Sequence record: SRR31156797_886
DNA: 64,000 nucleotides
Direction: 5' to 3' (one strand)
Shown here: piece by piece, positions 28,139 to 37,504 of the stretch
Position numbering within the stretch: position 1 is the first letter of the stretch
Layout: each line of letters opens with the position of its first letter
Notes under the pieces: generated by a model
Databases searched by the model: none
Told to the model about the DNA's origin: nothing
The model's input: only the letters and a program-made list of their open reading frames with translations
Position numbers and translations under genes: made by a program

Positions 28139-28585
28139 ATGGACAAAAACAGTACACATATTGATGATGACTTTTTGAAGAAGCTGGTCAAACTCCAGGA
28201 GGATGAAAAAGTGCCGGATGATTTTACGCAGAAGGTCATGGCACAACTCCCAAAACCAGCCGTTGCTGCCCCGCAACCTGAAGCCAGGCCCTGGTTTAAC
28301 TTCAGAAATGCGGCCATCATTGTGGTTTCGGTGGCTGTTTTTATTTACCTGCTATTAAGTTTTGATATCGCCGGACTTTTTAACCTGGCAACAGATTCAT
28401 CCTCACAAAATCCACAAAATTACCTGAGCCTGTTCACTTCGGTGGTTGAAATTTTCAGGCAGGGATTTTCAGGTATTAAGATTACATCAATCTCCATTAC
28501 AGCTTTTGTTGCACTTGGATTGCTTTATGGCTTCGACAAGCTCTTAAGGGGCTTCTCCGGCAGGCAACAGGCCAAAGCCGTTTAA
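28139..28585 (+). CDS. Putative membrane anti-sigma factor
   Basis: Starts 4 bp after the sigma gene. Contains a PDDFTQKVM motif and two TM segments. Confidence 0.75.
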   Translation: MDKNSTHIDDDFLKKLVKLQEDEKVPDDFTQKVMAQLPKPAVAAPQPEARPWFNFRNAAIIVVSVAVFIYLLLSFDIAGLFNLATDSSSQNPQNYLSLFTSVVEIFRQGFSGIKITSISITAFVALGLLYGFDKLLRGFSGRQQAKAV

Positions 28586-28659
28586 GATCCATCCTTGTCC
28601 ATACAGCCGGATTCCTGAGTGTATTTTTATCTTTGCACCCAACCATTAAAAATATTTTC

Positions 28660-29541
28660 ATGATTTCGGAATCCATTGAAAATTCAATCATTCAATTTCT
28701 TGAAGAGCAAAATAAGGCAATACCCGCAGCAATTCATAACACAACCCCGATCTCCGGTGGCTCCATAAATAATGCTTACCGGCTTGAAACCACCCACGGC
28801 GATTTTTTCCTGAAATACAATGACCCCAACCGTTATCCTGAAATGTTCACAAAGGAGGCCAAAGGATTAAAGCTGCTCCGCAAGCCACGGATCATTTCAG
28901 TACCTGAAGTTTTGCTGGTGGATGAAACCGACGAGCATGCCTGTTTGCTGCTCGGATATGTGGATTCAGCAGCGGAAAACCCAAACTTTTGGGATGATTT
29001 CGGGGAGAAACTGGCCAACCTGCACAAGGTAAAATCCAACAAATTTGGGCTGGATCACGACAATTACATGGGTTCATTACATCAGCACAACAATTACCAT
29101 GATGACTGGACCGGGTTCTTTATTGTTGAACGGCTGGAGCGCCAGGTGAAACTGGCCAGGGAAGATGGCAGTATTGGCCGGGGAGATGTTTTGGGATTTG
29201 AACGGCTTTACAAAAGGCTGGATGAAATATTTCCGCCCACAAACCCCTCGATGATACATGGTGACCTGTGGAGTGGCAATTTTATGATTGATGCAAATGG
29301 CGAGGCCTGCCTGATAGACCCGGCAGTTTATTACGGCCATCCTGAAATAGACATTGCCATGAGCACTTTATTTGGCGGGTTTTCCCAACGGTTTTATGAA
29401 GCCTACAACCGGCACAACCCATTGGAAAAAGGATGGGAAAAACGGTTGGAGATTTACAATCTTTATCCGCTGATGGTGCATGTAAATTTATTTGGCGGTG
29501 GATATTTGAACTCGGTGCAAAGGGTTTTGAGGAGGTTTTAA
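28660..29541 (+). CDS. Fructosamine kinase family protein
   Basis: Motifs SGGSIN, FFLKYN, HGDLWSGN and IDPAVYYGHPEIDIAM. A TATCTTTG element at 28628-28635 supports the start at 28660. Confidence 0.92.
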   Translation: MISESIENSIIQFLEEQNKAIPAAIHNTTPISGGSINNAYRLETTHGDFFLKYNDPNRYPEMFTKEAKGLKLLRKPRIISVPEVLLVDETDEHACLLLGYVDSAAENPNFWDDFGEKLANLHKVKSNKFGLDHDNYMGSLHQHNNYHDDWTGFFIVERLERQVKLAREDGSIGRGDVLGFERLYKRLDEIFPPTNPSMIHGDLWSGNFMIDANGEACLIDPAVYYGHPEIDIAMSTLFGGFSQRFYEAYNRHNPLEKGWEKRLEIYNLYPLMVHVNLFGGGYLNSVQRVLRRF

Positions 29542-29578
29542 AATAAAAACTTTAACTTCAATAGATTATATTTGCAAT

Positions 29579-29869
29579 ATGGATTCAGGAAATGAAATAC
29601 TCAGGAAATTAAAAGACATAAAACCTGTTTTAGAACGGGATTTTTCTGTTAAAGAAATCGGCCTTTTTGGTTCATTTTCTGATAACACATTTTCAGACAG
29701 CAGTGATATTGATTTGCTTGTTGAATTGAAAAACCCAATTGGCTGGAGAATTTTCACCCTGGAAATTTATCTCGAAAAAATATTCAATAAAAAAATTGAT
29801 CTTGTTACTAAAAATGCGATCAAAGATCAACTCAGAGACCAGATTTTAAACCAGGTAATTTACGTATAG
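29579..29869 (+). CDS. mntA: Minimal nucleotidyltransferase (MNT) antitoxin
   Basis: 96 aa with GS-X10-DxD (FGSFSDNTFSDSSDID) and KIDLVT. Confidence 0.9.
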   Translation: MDSGNEILRKLKDIKPVLERDFSVKEIGLFGSFSDNTFSDSSDIDLLVELKNPIGWRIFTLEIYLEKIFNKKIDLVTKNAIKDQLRDQILNQVIYV

Positions 29870-29870
29870 T

Positions 29871-30220
29871 TTGGATAAAAACCAGCGCTCATATTTGTCA
29901 TTTCGTGAAGACATTCTGCTGTTTATGAACAGGATAAAAGAATACCTCTTAGGATACGAATTTGATTCTTTTAATAAGGGTTGCAAAACTTTTGATGCCG
30001 CTATTCGGAATATCGAAGTCCTTGGAGAAGCATCATAAAATCTAACCCCATCAATCAGAGAAAATAACCTGATGTACCTTGGGGGAAAATGTATTACCTA
30101 CGAAACAGGGTTACACATAAATATTTCGGGGTAGATTATGAAATTATTTGGGATATTACTCAAAACTACCTGCCCGAAAACAGAATTCAAATCCAGGACA
30201 TTATTTCAAAGGAAAGTTAA
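29871..30220 (+). pseudogene. hepT: HEPN (DUF86/HepT-like) toxin pseudogene
   Basis: Translation from TTG at 29871 gives LDKNQRSY...DAAIRNIEVLGEAS, then an in-frame TAA at 30036-30038. A frameshift near 30060-30067 follows, then PDVPWGKMYYLRNRVTHKYFGVDYEIIWD...* with the R-X4-H motif. Confidence 0.88.
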
Positions 30221-31497
30221 TATTCCAAAACCTCCGCCACCACAAATGTACTTCCGCCTACAAAAACCAAATCATCCGAAGTTGCATTTTCACACGCAGC
30301 CAAATAAGCAGCTTTAACCGACTGCCATGGATTTCCTTTTAGTTTAAATTTCGATGCATTTTTAGCCAGTTTATCAGCAGGAAGCCCTCTCGGAATATCT
30401 GCTTTGCAGAAATAATATTGAGCTTCTTTGGGGAGCAACAATAGCATTTCATCCAGGCTTTTGTCGTTCACCACGCCCAAAACAAAATGCAGTTTGTCAT
30501 AATATGTGGCCTCGATATTCTCTACCACCTGCATGATACCCTCACGGTTGTGGCCGCTGTCGGCAATAATTAACGGGCTTTTATTTAGCACCTGCCACCG
30601 CCCCTGGAAACCGGTGTTTTTAAATATATTTTTTATCCCGCTCCGGATACTATTTTCAGGAACACTAAATTGAGACTGGTTTAAAACACGCAAGGTTTCG
30701 AGGACAGTTTTCAGGTTTTTCCATTGGTATGATCCTTTCAAAGGGAAATCAATTTCAAAACCCGCCTCATCATTTACGGCTACGCATAAAACCTTTTCAT
30801 GGCCATATTCCAGCACATTCCAGGATTTATCTGCAAAGGTGACCTGGGCTTTCATTTCTAAAGCTTTTTCCTTGAAAATCTCAGCAATCTCTTCCTGCGT
30901 TTCACCGATCACAACAGGTACACCGGGTTTGATGATTCCGGCTTTTTCGGCAGCAATTTCAGGAAGTGTATTGCCCAAAAATCGCATATGGTCAAAACCG
31001 ATGTTGGTAATCACAGAAACTTCCGGGTTGATAACATTGGTGGAATCCAACCTGCCTCCCAATCCAACTTCAATCACGGCAATATCCACCTCTTCTTCAG
31101 CAAAATACCTGAAGGCCATACCAACGGTCATCTCAAAAAAGGAAAGGTCGATGGCTTCCAGGTCAGCCTTCCATTTCGCAACAAAATCAACCACCCATCT
31201 TTCAGAAATCATTTTTCCGTCAACCCTGATCCGCTCCCTAAAATCGATGAAATGCGGGGACGTATAAAGCCCGGTTTTGTAGCCCGCTTCCTGCAACACC
31301 GAAGCCAGCATATTTGACGTAGAACCTTTACCATTGGTCCCGGCCACATGCACCGACTTGAATTTCTTTTCAGGGTTATCCAGCAATTTACACATCAGGA
31401 TGGTATTGTTCAGATCAGCTTTATAGGCAGCACCGCCAATCCGCTGATACATGGGCAACCTGTTAAAAAGGTACTGAAGTGTTTCGGGATAGTCCAT
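30217..31497 (-). CDS. folC: Bifunctional folylpolyglutamate synthase/dihydrofolate synthase
   Basis: Motifs HVAGTNGKGS, YTSPH, EVGLGGRLDSTN, EKAGIIK, GRWQ and DSGHN. Confidence 0.96.
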   Translation of the reverse strand: MDYPETLQYLFNRLPMYQRIGGAAYKADLNNTILMCKLLDNPEKKFKSVHVAGTNGKGSTSNMLASVLQEAGYKTGLYTSPHFIDFRERIRVDGKMISERWVVDFVAKWKADLEAIDLSFFEMTVGMAFRYFAEEEVDIAVIEVGLGGRLDSTNVINPEVSVITNIGFDHMRFLGNTLPEIAAEKAGIIKPGVPVVIGETQEEIAEIFKEKALEMKAQVTFADKSWNVLEYGHEKVLCVAVNDEAGFEIDFPLKGSYQWKNLKTVLETLRVLNQSQFSVPENSIRSGIKNIFKNTGFQGRWQVLNKSPLIIADSGHNREGIMQVVENIEATYYDKLHFVLGVVNDKSLDEMLLLLPKEAQYYFCKADIPRGLPADKLAKNASKFKLKGNPWQSVKAAYLAACENATSDDLVFVGGSTFVVAEVLEY

Positions 31498-31529
31498 AAG
31501 CATGGATTAATAAAAGGCTGCAAAAGTAA

Positions 31530-34500
31530 TCAATCACACGCCGGAAAGGTAAACTGCTGTTCATTTTCCATATAGATCAGGTACATTTCTCCCGGCCGGA
31601 GAATATCCAGTGTAAAAACACCCACATCCGGCCAATACACTTTGTTGCTTCCAATTTCCTTGAGTACCCTGAAATTGCCACCAAAAACCTGGATAAGATC
31701 TTCGGTAAAATGAGGGCACGCACTTGGCACGGGAAACACAGACCAGCCGGAGGACAGGACCAATTCATTATCGATTACCTGATATCCCTCAATCAAAAGT
31801 GTGTCAGGCTCAGATAGATAAACCACCATCCCCTGGCTTACATCCCAGTTTTGGATGGTGTTGATGCCCAGTAACGGACTGTAAACGCCTTGTGCATTGA
31901 TGGCGTAATAAAGTGTTTCCTCGATGGGGCCAAAAACTGTTGTAACCTCATCGAATACAGGCTGTACCCAGGTTGAGATGCCGCTCCAGCCACGTCGTAT
32001 GATTATTGACTGGCTATAGAAAGGTGGCTGAACATATAAAAAATCCTCAATGGTCAGGGTATCGTTAAGGTATTCATTGCCTGTAATCAGTGTTATATCG
32101 TAAAAACCAGATTCCAAATAGGTTGTTACCGGATTTTGAACAAATGCAGTATCACCGTTATCAAACCACCATTCCCACTGGTTTGGGAAACCTGTTGAGA
32201 GGTCAGAAAACTGTACTTCTTCGCCGATGATTGCCTCAATAGGATCAACCGCAAAATTGGCAACCACAGGCTCGATGATATTAATCAGGTTTTCCCTGAC
32301 AAGGGTGTCAGTGAGATATTGGTTTGAGGCGATCAGTGAAACAGTATAAGTTCCCGGGTTGGCGTATGACGTGAAATTATTTTGCCCAAAACCGACTGTT
32401 CCATCGCCATAATCCCAAATCCATGTGTTGGGATCTCCTGAGCTCAAATCCATAAAATGAATAATCTCACCAGGCACAGCAATCAAGGTATCGGTTGTAA
32501 AGTCGGCAAAGAGTTCAGGAATCACTTTTACAACATTTGTTTTTATTTCGGTATCTGTGCTATCATTTCTGGAAACCTGGAGGGATATGGTAAATTCACC
32601 TGTAAATTTAAAATTATGTGATGGATTTTGTTGCCCTGAAGCAAAACCATCTCCAAACAGCCAAAACCATGATTCGGGATTGCCTTTTGAAATATCTGTA
32701 AAATAGGCCCTTTCGTTTTTAGTAATCACTGCTGTGTCAACTATGAAATCAGCGTTTAGCGTATCCTGAACATGAATATAGTTTTCCCTCAAAATTGAAT
32801 CTGCCTGCAGAGTATCTGAAATTTTCAGGCCAATGGCGTAAAATCCCCCCTCGTTAAAAGCGTGAACCGGATTCTGATCAACACTTGTTACGCCATCTCC
32901 AAAATCCCACTCCCAGCCATCAGGGTTCCCCAGAGACATATCCTGGAAATGAATTTCCTGCCCCTGCCATGCCAACCTGGGCTCTGCTTCAAATTCTACC
33001 GCGAGTGGCTCCAGAATGGTTATGAAATCTACCATCAATGTAGAATCTTCAAAATAGTCGTTCCCCGAAATAAGCTTAACTGAAAATGTGCCTGGTTCCA
33101 GGTAAGTTTTGGATGGATTTTGCGCTGTGCTGGTTGTGCCATCCCCAAACTCCCATAACCAATAATCCGGATTTCCCACACTGGAATCAATAAACTGGAT
33201 TTCCCCGTCTACTGTTGATATATTGATGTCAGATGAAAAGCCGGCCTGAATAGGCTGAAGCACATGGATGTAGTTTTCTTTGATTTCGATGTCACTGCCA
33301 TTTTCATTTTCAGCAAACAAGGAAACATTGTACGTTCCGGGATTTTCGAAAGCATGGCTGGGATTTTGACTAAAGCTCAACGTATTGTCGCCAAAAGACC
33401 ACTGCCAGGAGTGCGGATCACCAAGCGAGAGATCGGTGAATTGCACCGGAGTCCCTTGAACGGTTATTGTTGTATCAGCCACAAAATCAGCAATCAATGG
33501 CTGGACTGCTTCAATAAAATTTTCTTTAACCAGCACCATGGTATGATTTCCGGAAACAAGTTCCAGGGAAACTGTGAAAATTCCTTCAGTAGCATACATA
33601 TGTTGCGGGTTTTGTTCGGTTGAAGTATTCCCATCTCCAAAGTCCCAGTTCCAGGTATCAACACCAGCACCATACACAATCGACTCATCAGTAAATTGAA
33701 CTGAAAGTGGTAATTCACCTATGGTTGGATTTGCTGAAAAGGCCACCTCAAACGGGCCCAGAAACCTGGCCTCGAAAGCGCCATCCCAAACAATGTCAGG
33801 AGCATCAACCACCAGTTCTTCACCTGAAAAAATCACCGTTTGCACCGTATCGAGTACTGCATCCTGGTTATACCAACGAAATTCATAAGTGCCGTTATTT
33901 TCAAAATCCAGATAAATCTTACCATCCGAAACCGGGCCAGGCGTTCCGTTATCGTTGATATATTGCCAGTTATAGCGTCTGTTTTGCATCCAGCCTGCTA
34001 CATATTCATCGTTTTGGTAGGCAAACACCCGTAGGTTCGGTGCATAATCGTGAAATTCATATTCATTGATTTTGATGATACCGGTTGCTGAATTATCCAC
34101 ACGAAGTTCATGTTCACCTTGTGGGATAAAAATGGTGTACAGTGAATTTGGTGTAACGTTTTGGTCAAAAATGGTGATCCCGTTGAGCCTGACCCTGAGT
34201 TTCGCGAAAACCGCCAGGTCACCAACTTTCACTTTAAAATAGCCATCCCGGGTGAAGTTAACTTTAAAAGTCGGCGGATTTCGCCGTGAGTTGTAAAAAG
34301 ATCCATATAAATACTCACCCAAATCAAGCTCGGTTGGATACAGCGAACCACTGGGATCAAAATGGAAATAATTTTCAGGTGCTTTACCACCATCATTGTT
34401 GTAGTCAGGATCAATCTCGATCATATCATAATCTTCGGAGGTGCAAAGTAAAACAGCCGGGTCAAGCTGGGAAACATCCTCATCCATTTCCCCAAAAAAG

Positions 34501-35888
34501 TCAGATACAGCACCCAGATGATCGTAAAGTCCATTGGGATACAAATAGTTATCCCACCACCACGACATGGCCGAAGCAAAGGAACCTGAAAACATGGAAG
34601 ACCAAACCGTGTTGTGAAAAGCGATACCATCCGGATCGTATTCATCAATCACCGATGGATCGTGCCCCAGGGCAAACTCACCAACAGCAAAAGGTTTATC
34701 ATAGTTATCCATATGATCTTTAGAAAAATTATAAACCTTCATTTCCAGGTCAGGCACAAAATCATAAATGTGAAGTTGGGTAAAGCCGGTTTCCGGATTA
34801 TTCCAGTAGTTTGGATCGTGCTGAGGTATGGCATAGGCATTGGAACAGAGGCGTTCATATTTGTCCAGGTTGTTCATATATTCTGTCATGATGTTTAACC
34901 ACGACAGCGTTTGATTGTAGAAATTGTAGTAAATACCGGTATTATCAGCTTCCGAAAGCTGCTCCCAGAGCACCACCTGTGGAGAATAGCCCCACCGGGC
35001 GTTAATGTATCGTAACTTATTTTTGTAAAGTTCAATTGCCGTTGGATTCACTAAAAAATCCTGCGGGTCATTACACGGACCGCCGTTTACGGTATTGTAA
35101 GGATTACTGTACCAGTTGGAAGCATAATCATTGCGGAGTTCATCGTGAATCATGGGATTGAGTTGACAGTATATCTCTCTTTCCATCAGCATATCCATCA
35201 CCCAGTCAAGTGTCCAGGCGCGGTTTTGCCGTTCATCATATTGCCCGGGGCCGGTTTCCTTCCACTCAAATTCGAAACCCCAGGGAGCCAAAGTTAGTTT
35301 CACAAAGTTACCCCCATTTTCGTGCAGGTCATCGAGCCAGTCCTCATATTGGGTGAACCCGGTTGACCAGTCCTGCCATGCCATGTTTGTTCCCAAACCT
35401 AAAAAGCTATCACCGTTCCGGTGCATCAGGCGGTTATTAACCCGCGAAACAAATCCTTTCCGGTTGGATGGTGTGCAGATAAACTGTAAGTTTTCTGAAT
35501 GTTGAAACCCGGTAGCATCCCAAATTCTCACAAAGTACGTCCATGTTCCTACCTCGTCAGGTGAAAACCTGATACGCCACCCCGGAGGTCCATCGGGCAT
35601 TAAAACATCAGGCGACGTCATCTCATAATCCTGCATATAAAATCCATCCATAATAATCTGCTCGCCCGAAGGAGAAGTGAAATAGCCTTTGATCCGTACC
35701 TGGGTATAATCATATGGATTTGAATAAGTAGCCGACAAAGTAACTTTCAATTCCAATTTGGTGTACAGTTCAACCGTATTGGAATTTGGTGTTATGCTAT
35801 GAATCACAGGGTTTGAAAACCCAAAGTATGACATGAAAAGAAATAGTGCGATTAAACGCAGATTGATATGTTTCAATATTTTGAACAT
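31530..35888 (-). CDS. Secreted DUF5060 / GH5-clan-like TIM-barrel protein with seven PKD domains
   Basis: N-terminal NPYD...GFYMQ...WRIRFSP (DUF5060-like). Motifs RYINARWGYSP, WEQLSE and VGEF. Seven FxD.S.G.P..W.W.FGDG-type PKD repeats. Unnamed C-terminal GW-repeat domain. Confidence 0.8.
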   Translation of the reverse strand: MFKILKHINLRLIALFLFMSYFGFSNPVIHSITPNSNTVELYTKLELKVTLSATYSNPYDYTQVRIKGYFTSPSGEQIIMDGFYMQDYEMTSPDVLMPDGPPGWRIRFSPDEVGTWTYFVRIWDATGFQHSENLQFICTPSNRKGFVSRVNNRLMHRNGDSFLGLGTNMAWQDWSTGFTQYEDWLDDLHENGGNFVKLTLAPWGFEFEWKETGPGQYDERQNRAWTLDWVMDMLMEREIYCQLNPMIHDELRNDYASNWYSNPYNTVNGGPCNDPQDFLVNPTAIELYKNKLRYINARWGYSPQVVLWEQLSEADNTGIYYNFYNQTLSWLNIMTEYMNNLDKYERLCSNAYAIPQHDPNYWNNPETGFTQLHIYDFVPDLEMKVYNFSKDHMDNYDKPFAVGEFALGHDPSVIDEYDPDGIAFHNTVWSSMFSGSFASAMSWWWDNYLYPNGLYDHLGAVSDFFGEMDEDVSQLDPAVLLCTSEDYDMIEIDPDYNNDGGKAPENYFHFDPSGSLYPTELDLGEYLYGSFYNSRRNPPTFKVNFTRDGYFKVKVGDLAVFAKLRVRLNGITIFDQNVTPNSLYTIFIPQGEHELRVDNSATGIIKINEYEFHDYAPNLRVFAYQNDEYVAGWMQNRRYNWQYINDNGTPGPVSDGKIYLDFENNGTYEFRWYNQDAVLDTVQTVIFSGEELVVDAPDIVWDGAFEARFLGPFEVAFSANPTIGELPLSVQFTDESIVYGAGVDTWNWDFGDGNTSTEQNPQHMYATEGIFTVSLELVSGNHTMVLVKENFIEAVQPLIADFVADTTITVQGTPVQFTDLSLGDPHSWQWSFGDNTLSFSQNPSHAFENPGTYNVSLFAENENGSDIEIKENYIHVLQPIQAGFSSDINISTVDGEIQFIDSSVGNPDYWLWEFGDGTTSTAQNPSKTYLEPGTFSVKLISGNDYFEDSTLMVDFITILEPLAVEFEAEPRLAWQGQEIHFQDMSLGNPDGWEWDFGDGVTSVDQNPVHAFNEGGFYAIGLKISDTLQADSILRENYIHVQDTLNADFIVDTAVITKNERAYFTDISKGNPESWFWLFGDGFASGQQNPSHNFKFTGEFTISLQVSRNDSTDTEIKTNVVKVIPELFADFTTDTLIAVPGEIIHFMDLSSGDPNTWIWDYGDGTVGFGQNNFTSYANPGTYTVSLIASNQYLTDTLVRENLINIIEPVVANFAVDPIEAIIGEEVQFSDLSTGFPNQWEWWFDNGDTAFVQNPVTTYLESGFYDITLITGNEYLNDTLTIEDFLYVQPPFYSQSIIIRRGWSGISTWVQPVFDEVTTVFGPIEETLYYAINAQGVYSPLLGINTIQNWDVSQGMVVYLSEPDTLLIEGYQVIDNELVLSSGWSVFPVPSACPHFTEDLIQVFGGNFRVLKEIGSNKVYWPDVGVFTLDILRPGEMYLIYMENEQQFTFPACD

Positions 35889-36049
35889 TGAGGCTTTGGG
35901 CTTTTCAAAAATCAGGCCAACGAAATTATCCTTTCCAAAATTAGCTTAAAGAATTGCAATTTACAAGTTTGAAGACTGGTTATTCACAAACAAGAAATCC
36001 AGCTTAATGTTGACTTATGAAGATTTTTGTTGGTAGATAATAGAGACGG

Positions 36050-36562
36050 TTAGATGAACCTGCGCATTAAAATCCCATCAAAATATTCATTCCCGATTTT
36101 GGTGTCCTTCTCAAGCTTCACCAATTCATGAAATCCAAAGTTTTTATAAAGCCTGATAGCTGGGATATTTTCTGCTCTAACCATGAGGTATATAATCTCA
36201 ATGCTCTGCTCAGTTTTTACCCGGTTGATTGTATGCTTCAAAAGTGATTTTCCAATACCGGTTCCCCGGTATGCCTTCATTACGCCCATATTCAAGGTAG
36301 AGGTATGTTGAAGGTGGATAGCATTATTAACCTCAAGCGTGAGGTATCCAACCGGCTTTTTATCCAGGATAGCGACAATGAAAAACGATCCGCTACCTGA
36401 TAAAATCTGGTCGCGGTACGCTTTAAAATCTTCAATACTATTGAACTTCCGGTGAAATTCATCACTCATATATTCCGAGGTGGTATATACCTTCCGGACG
36501 AGTTCAAAAACCACGCTGGTTTTCAATCCGGCAAAATCACGAATAACCACTTGTTCAGTCAT
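36050..36562 (-). CDS. GNAT family N-acetyltransferase
   Basis: Motifs MGVMKAYRGTGIGKSLL and VRAENIPAIRLYKNFGF. Confidence 0.9.
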   Translation of the reverse strand: MTEQVVIRDFAGLKTSVVFELVRKVYTTSEYMSDEFHRKFNSIEDFKAYRDQILSGSGSFFIVAILDKKPVGYLTLEVNNAIHLQHTSTLNMGVMKAYRGTGIGKSLLKHTINRVKTEQSIEIIYLMVRAENIPAIRLYKNFGFHELVKLEKDTKIGNEYFDGILMRRFI

Positions 36563-36571
36563 TGCGATAAA

Positions 36572-36898
36572 CTAAATGAAATGGTTTTCGATCCTGATCT
36601 CATCATCCAGGATGGCTTTTACGATCTCCTTCCATTCATCATCAAGTGAAATTTCGGGTAGCTTTCGACCGGCGTTTGTGTACCAGAATGATGCATTGCT
36701 TAGGTCGCCTTCTTTCCGATGCAGATAGGCATGCACCCACGAAGCCGTGGTGTTATTCATAATTTGGATTATCCTGTGGGCTTTATCCCAGTTTCCTTTT
36801 GCATCCCACCAAAGGGCTTTTAGTTCCTTGTCAATTTTTTCAGGAGGAGCGTCTGATTCCAGGGTAGATAAAAAAATTTCGAATACCATAATCTTCAA
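36572..36898 (-). CDS. Conserved hypothetical helical protein
   Basis: ALWWDAKGNWDKAH...WVHAYLHRKEGDLSNASFWY is a recognisable conserved family of unknown function. The start may be at 36889. Confidence 0.75.
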   Translation of the reverse strand: MKIMVFEIFLSTLESDAPPEKIDKELKALWWDAKGNWDKAHRIIQIMNNTTASWVHAYLHRKEGDLSNASFWYTNAGRKLPEISLDDEWKEIVKAILDDEIRIENHFI

Positions 36899-36978
36899 AT
36901 ATCGGTGAATGGTTGCTCAATTCGTTGAATTATAATTTCTTTGTAAAGATAAAATCAAAAAAGTAAAGGTACCAAATT

Positions 36979-37323
36979 ATGATTACGATTTACCACAATC
37001 CAAGATGCAAAAAATCCAGGGCCGGACTGGCACACATCGAAGAAAAAGGTGTTGATTTTGAAATAAAAAATTACATCAAAGACGGCATATCACCAGATGA
37101 AATCAAGGACATCCTGATGAAGATGAATGTTGCCCCAACAGATATGATCCGTACTCAGGAAGCCGATTACAAGAGCAAATACAAAGGCAAAAATTTTACC
37201 GAAGACGAATGGGTGAAAATTATGGCTGAGAATCCTAAACTAATCAAGCGACCCATCGTAATTAAACAGTATAAAGCAGTGTGGGCTGACCCTCCTGAAA
37301 ATATGGATGTGATGTTTGAATGA
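36979..37323 (+). CDS. ArsC/Spx family protein
   Basis: Motifs IYHNPRCKKSR and NPKLIKRPIV. Confidence 0.9.
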   Translation: MITIYHNPRCKKSRAGLAHIEEKGVDFEIKNYIKDGISPDEIKDILMKMNVAPTDMIRTQEADYKSKYKGKNFTEDEWVKIMAENPKLIKRPIVIKQYKAVWADPPENMDVMFE

Positions 37324-37504
37324 TCAGTTGGATATCCAAATAGCCCAATCATTCCCGGCAACATATTAGCAATAAATATCAACATGGGTTGATTTTTCAA
37401 AACCTTTTTGTATTTAACACAGTTTGACTAAAGCAACATATTCCATTGTTTATTAATATTTTACTTAACGACCCAATAACTATTAACCAATAACTTCTTC
37501 CCCC

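Noticed and set aside
30148-30342. 64-aa ORF in the track after mntA
   Set aside because: It is out of frame with the HEPN remnant and overlaps folC on the opposite strand, so it is spurious.
32020-33750. Periodic repeats suggesting a CRISPR array or tandem DNA repeat
   Set aside because: These are diverged protein-level PKD domains inside one ORF, with no identical DNA repeats or spacers.
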